Sequence record: OR756193.1
DNA from: Escherichia phage vB_EcoS-EE09
DNA: 44,198 bases
Strand: one strand, 5' to 3'
Of the stretch, positions 43,143 through 44,198 are shown piece by piece. Numbering within the stretch: the first letter of the stretch is position 1; every line of letters starts with the position of its first letter. The position numbers and the translations under genes were made by a program. The notes under the pieces were generated by a model. That model searched no databases and was not told where the DNA came from. It worked only from the letters and a program-made list of their open reading frames with translations.

Positions 43143-43849
43143 CTATTGCTAAAATGACAATTTGGTCATTGTTTGACGGCAGCGGCTTGATGATTGAGCG
43201 TGCTGCCGAGATGGGGCATAAGTGTTATTGCTTCAACTACTCCGAAGCCGACCACGGGTCTTACCTTGACTACCGGATTTATGGTCGCGGAATCCGGTAT
43301 CGCAATGAGTTTATCGATCTGGACTTTGTAGACCGTGCGATGAATGGCGATTTCGGTACGCCAGATATCATCTACGCATTCCCGCCGTGTACTGATCTGG
43401 CGGTGAGCGGTGCGCCAGCTTTCCCGCGCAAACGCGCCCGCGACCCGGCCTTCCAGCTTAAGGCGGTGCGCACCGCGAAGATCGCAGCTTACCTGGGTGA
43501 CTTCTTCGAAGTGCCATATATGATTGAGAATCCGCGCAGTGTGCTTTCCACCCAGTGGCGCAAGCCGGATCACTCATTCGACCCGTGGGAGTATGGGGGA
43601 TATCTGCCGGAGGATGACGTACACCCGCTCTTCCCGGAATACATCAACGCCCGCGATTCATATCCGAAGCTGACCTGCTTATGGACCGGCAACGGCTTCC
43701 GTATGCCAGAGAAGAAACCTGTTTTCGTTGAAAAAGGGTACTCGAAGCAGTATAGTCGCCTCGGAGGCAAATCAGCCCGCACAAAATTAATCCGGTCGCT
43801 CACCCCGCGCGGCTTCGCGATAGCGGTCAATGAGGAAAATTTAAAATGA
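43139..43849 (+). CDS. putative DNA (cytosine-5) methyltransferase-like protein (236 aa)
   Basis: Motif I-like LFDGSG, P-C dipeptide in AFPPCTD (motif IV-like), E-N-P in MIENPRSV (motif VI-like); short for a complete C5 methyltransferase. Confidence 0.4.
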   Translation: MTIAKMTIWSLFDGSGLMIERAAEMGHKCYCFNYSEADHGSYLDYRIYGRGIRYRNEFIDLDFVDRAMNGDFGTPDIIYAFPPCTDLAVSGAPAFPRKRARDPAFQLKAVRTAKIAAYLGDFFEVPYMIENPRSVLSTQWRKPDHSFDPWEYGGYLPEDDVHPLFPEYINARDSYPKLTCLWTGNGFRMPEKKPVFVEKGYSKQYSRLGGKSARTKLIRSLTPRGFAIAVNEENLK

Positions 43850-44169
43850 ATACTACATTCGAAGCCATTGATTTTTCGGTTGCAATGACTAACCAGTTAT
43901 TCTCCTACGACAGCAAAACCGGCGTCATTCGTCTGAAGTCCACCGGCTGCAAAATTGGCAACCTCAACACTGCCGATGGCGGCACGCGCATCGAATGCAA
44001 CGGCAAAACTCTATCGGGCGCACGCGTGGCGTGGATTATCGCGACCGGCAATACAATTCCTCCAGGCTACGCCGTTGTGTGCCGCCAGCGAACACCAGGC
44101 CACTACGGCAACCGAATCAGCAATCTGTATCTGGTAGACGTTGCACGCGACCCAAATTTTTATTCGTAA
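43846..44169 (+). CDS. HNH-endonuclease-like protein, possibly degenerate (107 aa)
   Basis: N-terminal F-S-Y-D-x-x-T-G and C-terminal G-N-R-I-S-N-L resemble phage HNH proteins, but the expected metal-binding His positions are not evident. Confidence 0.4.
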   Translation: MNTTFEAIDFSVAMTNQLFSYDSKTGVIRLKSTGCKIGNLNTADGGTRIECNGKTLSGARVAWIIATGNTIPPGYAVVCRQRTPGHYGNRISNLYLVDVARDPNFYS

Positions 44170-44196
44170 ATTGGTTGCATAATTAGATTGGTTGCA
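44170..44196 (+). promoter_or_regulatory. tandem ATTGGTTGCA motifs at the right edge of the window
   Basis: Two exact copies 17 bp apart immediately after the stop of the last gene, same tandem arrangement as at 20819-20841. Confidence 0.5.
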
Positions 44197-44198
44197 TT

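Noticed and set aside
1-44198. tRNA genes, integrase, repressor, or att sites
   Set aside because: No cloverleaf-like candidates were seen by eye and no tyrosine or serine recombinase or CI-like repressor ORF is present; a formal tRNA scan was not possible here.

Overview
This 44.2 kb window reads as a complete or near-complete genome of a virulent, lambda-tail-type siphovirus, most likely of an enterobacterial host (inferred from gene content and order). No integrase or repressor is visible. Layout: (i) rightward block at 0-3.1 kb with a phage Dam-type N6-adenine methyltransferase and a HAD phosphatase; (ii) long leftward block at 3.1-34.6 kb carrying tail fibre, lambda-like J/I/K/L/M tail tip, tape measure, G/GT chaperone, major tail, connectors, major capsid, scaffold-like gene, overlapped spanins, head morphogenesis, portal, terminase, HTH-phosphoesterase, endolysin and holins, unknowns, a PrimPol-type primase-helicase and an HTH regulator; (iii) rightward early/replication operon at 34.8-44.2 kb with an acidic repeat protein, Cas4-like nuclease, DUF2815-like protein, family A DNA polymerase, VRR-NUC, SNF2 helicase, a C5-methyltransferase-like protein and an HNH-like protein. 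Most notable observations: a perfect 77-bp tandem duplication that breaks the primase-helicase frame; a 385-bp structured non-coding insert with GTCCCGC repeat arrays between GT and tape measure, with a second copy beside an iteron/palindrome cluster; a recurrent ATTGGTTGCA motif at module boundaries; a G/GT -1 frameshift absent from the ORF track; an oppositely oriented gene inside the head module; and a small lipoprotein beside the tail fibre. Functional calls come from motifs read by eye, not from database searches. ORF boundaries are anchored to the supplied ORF track; coordinates of non-ORF features are approximate (+/-2 nt).
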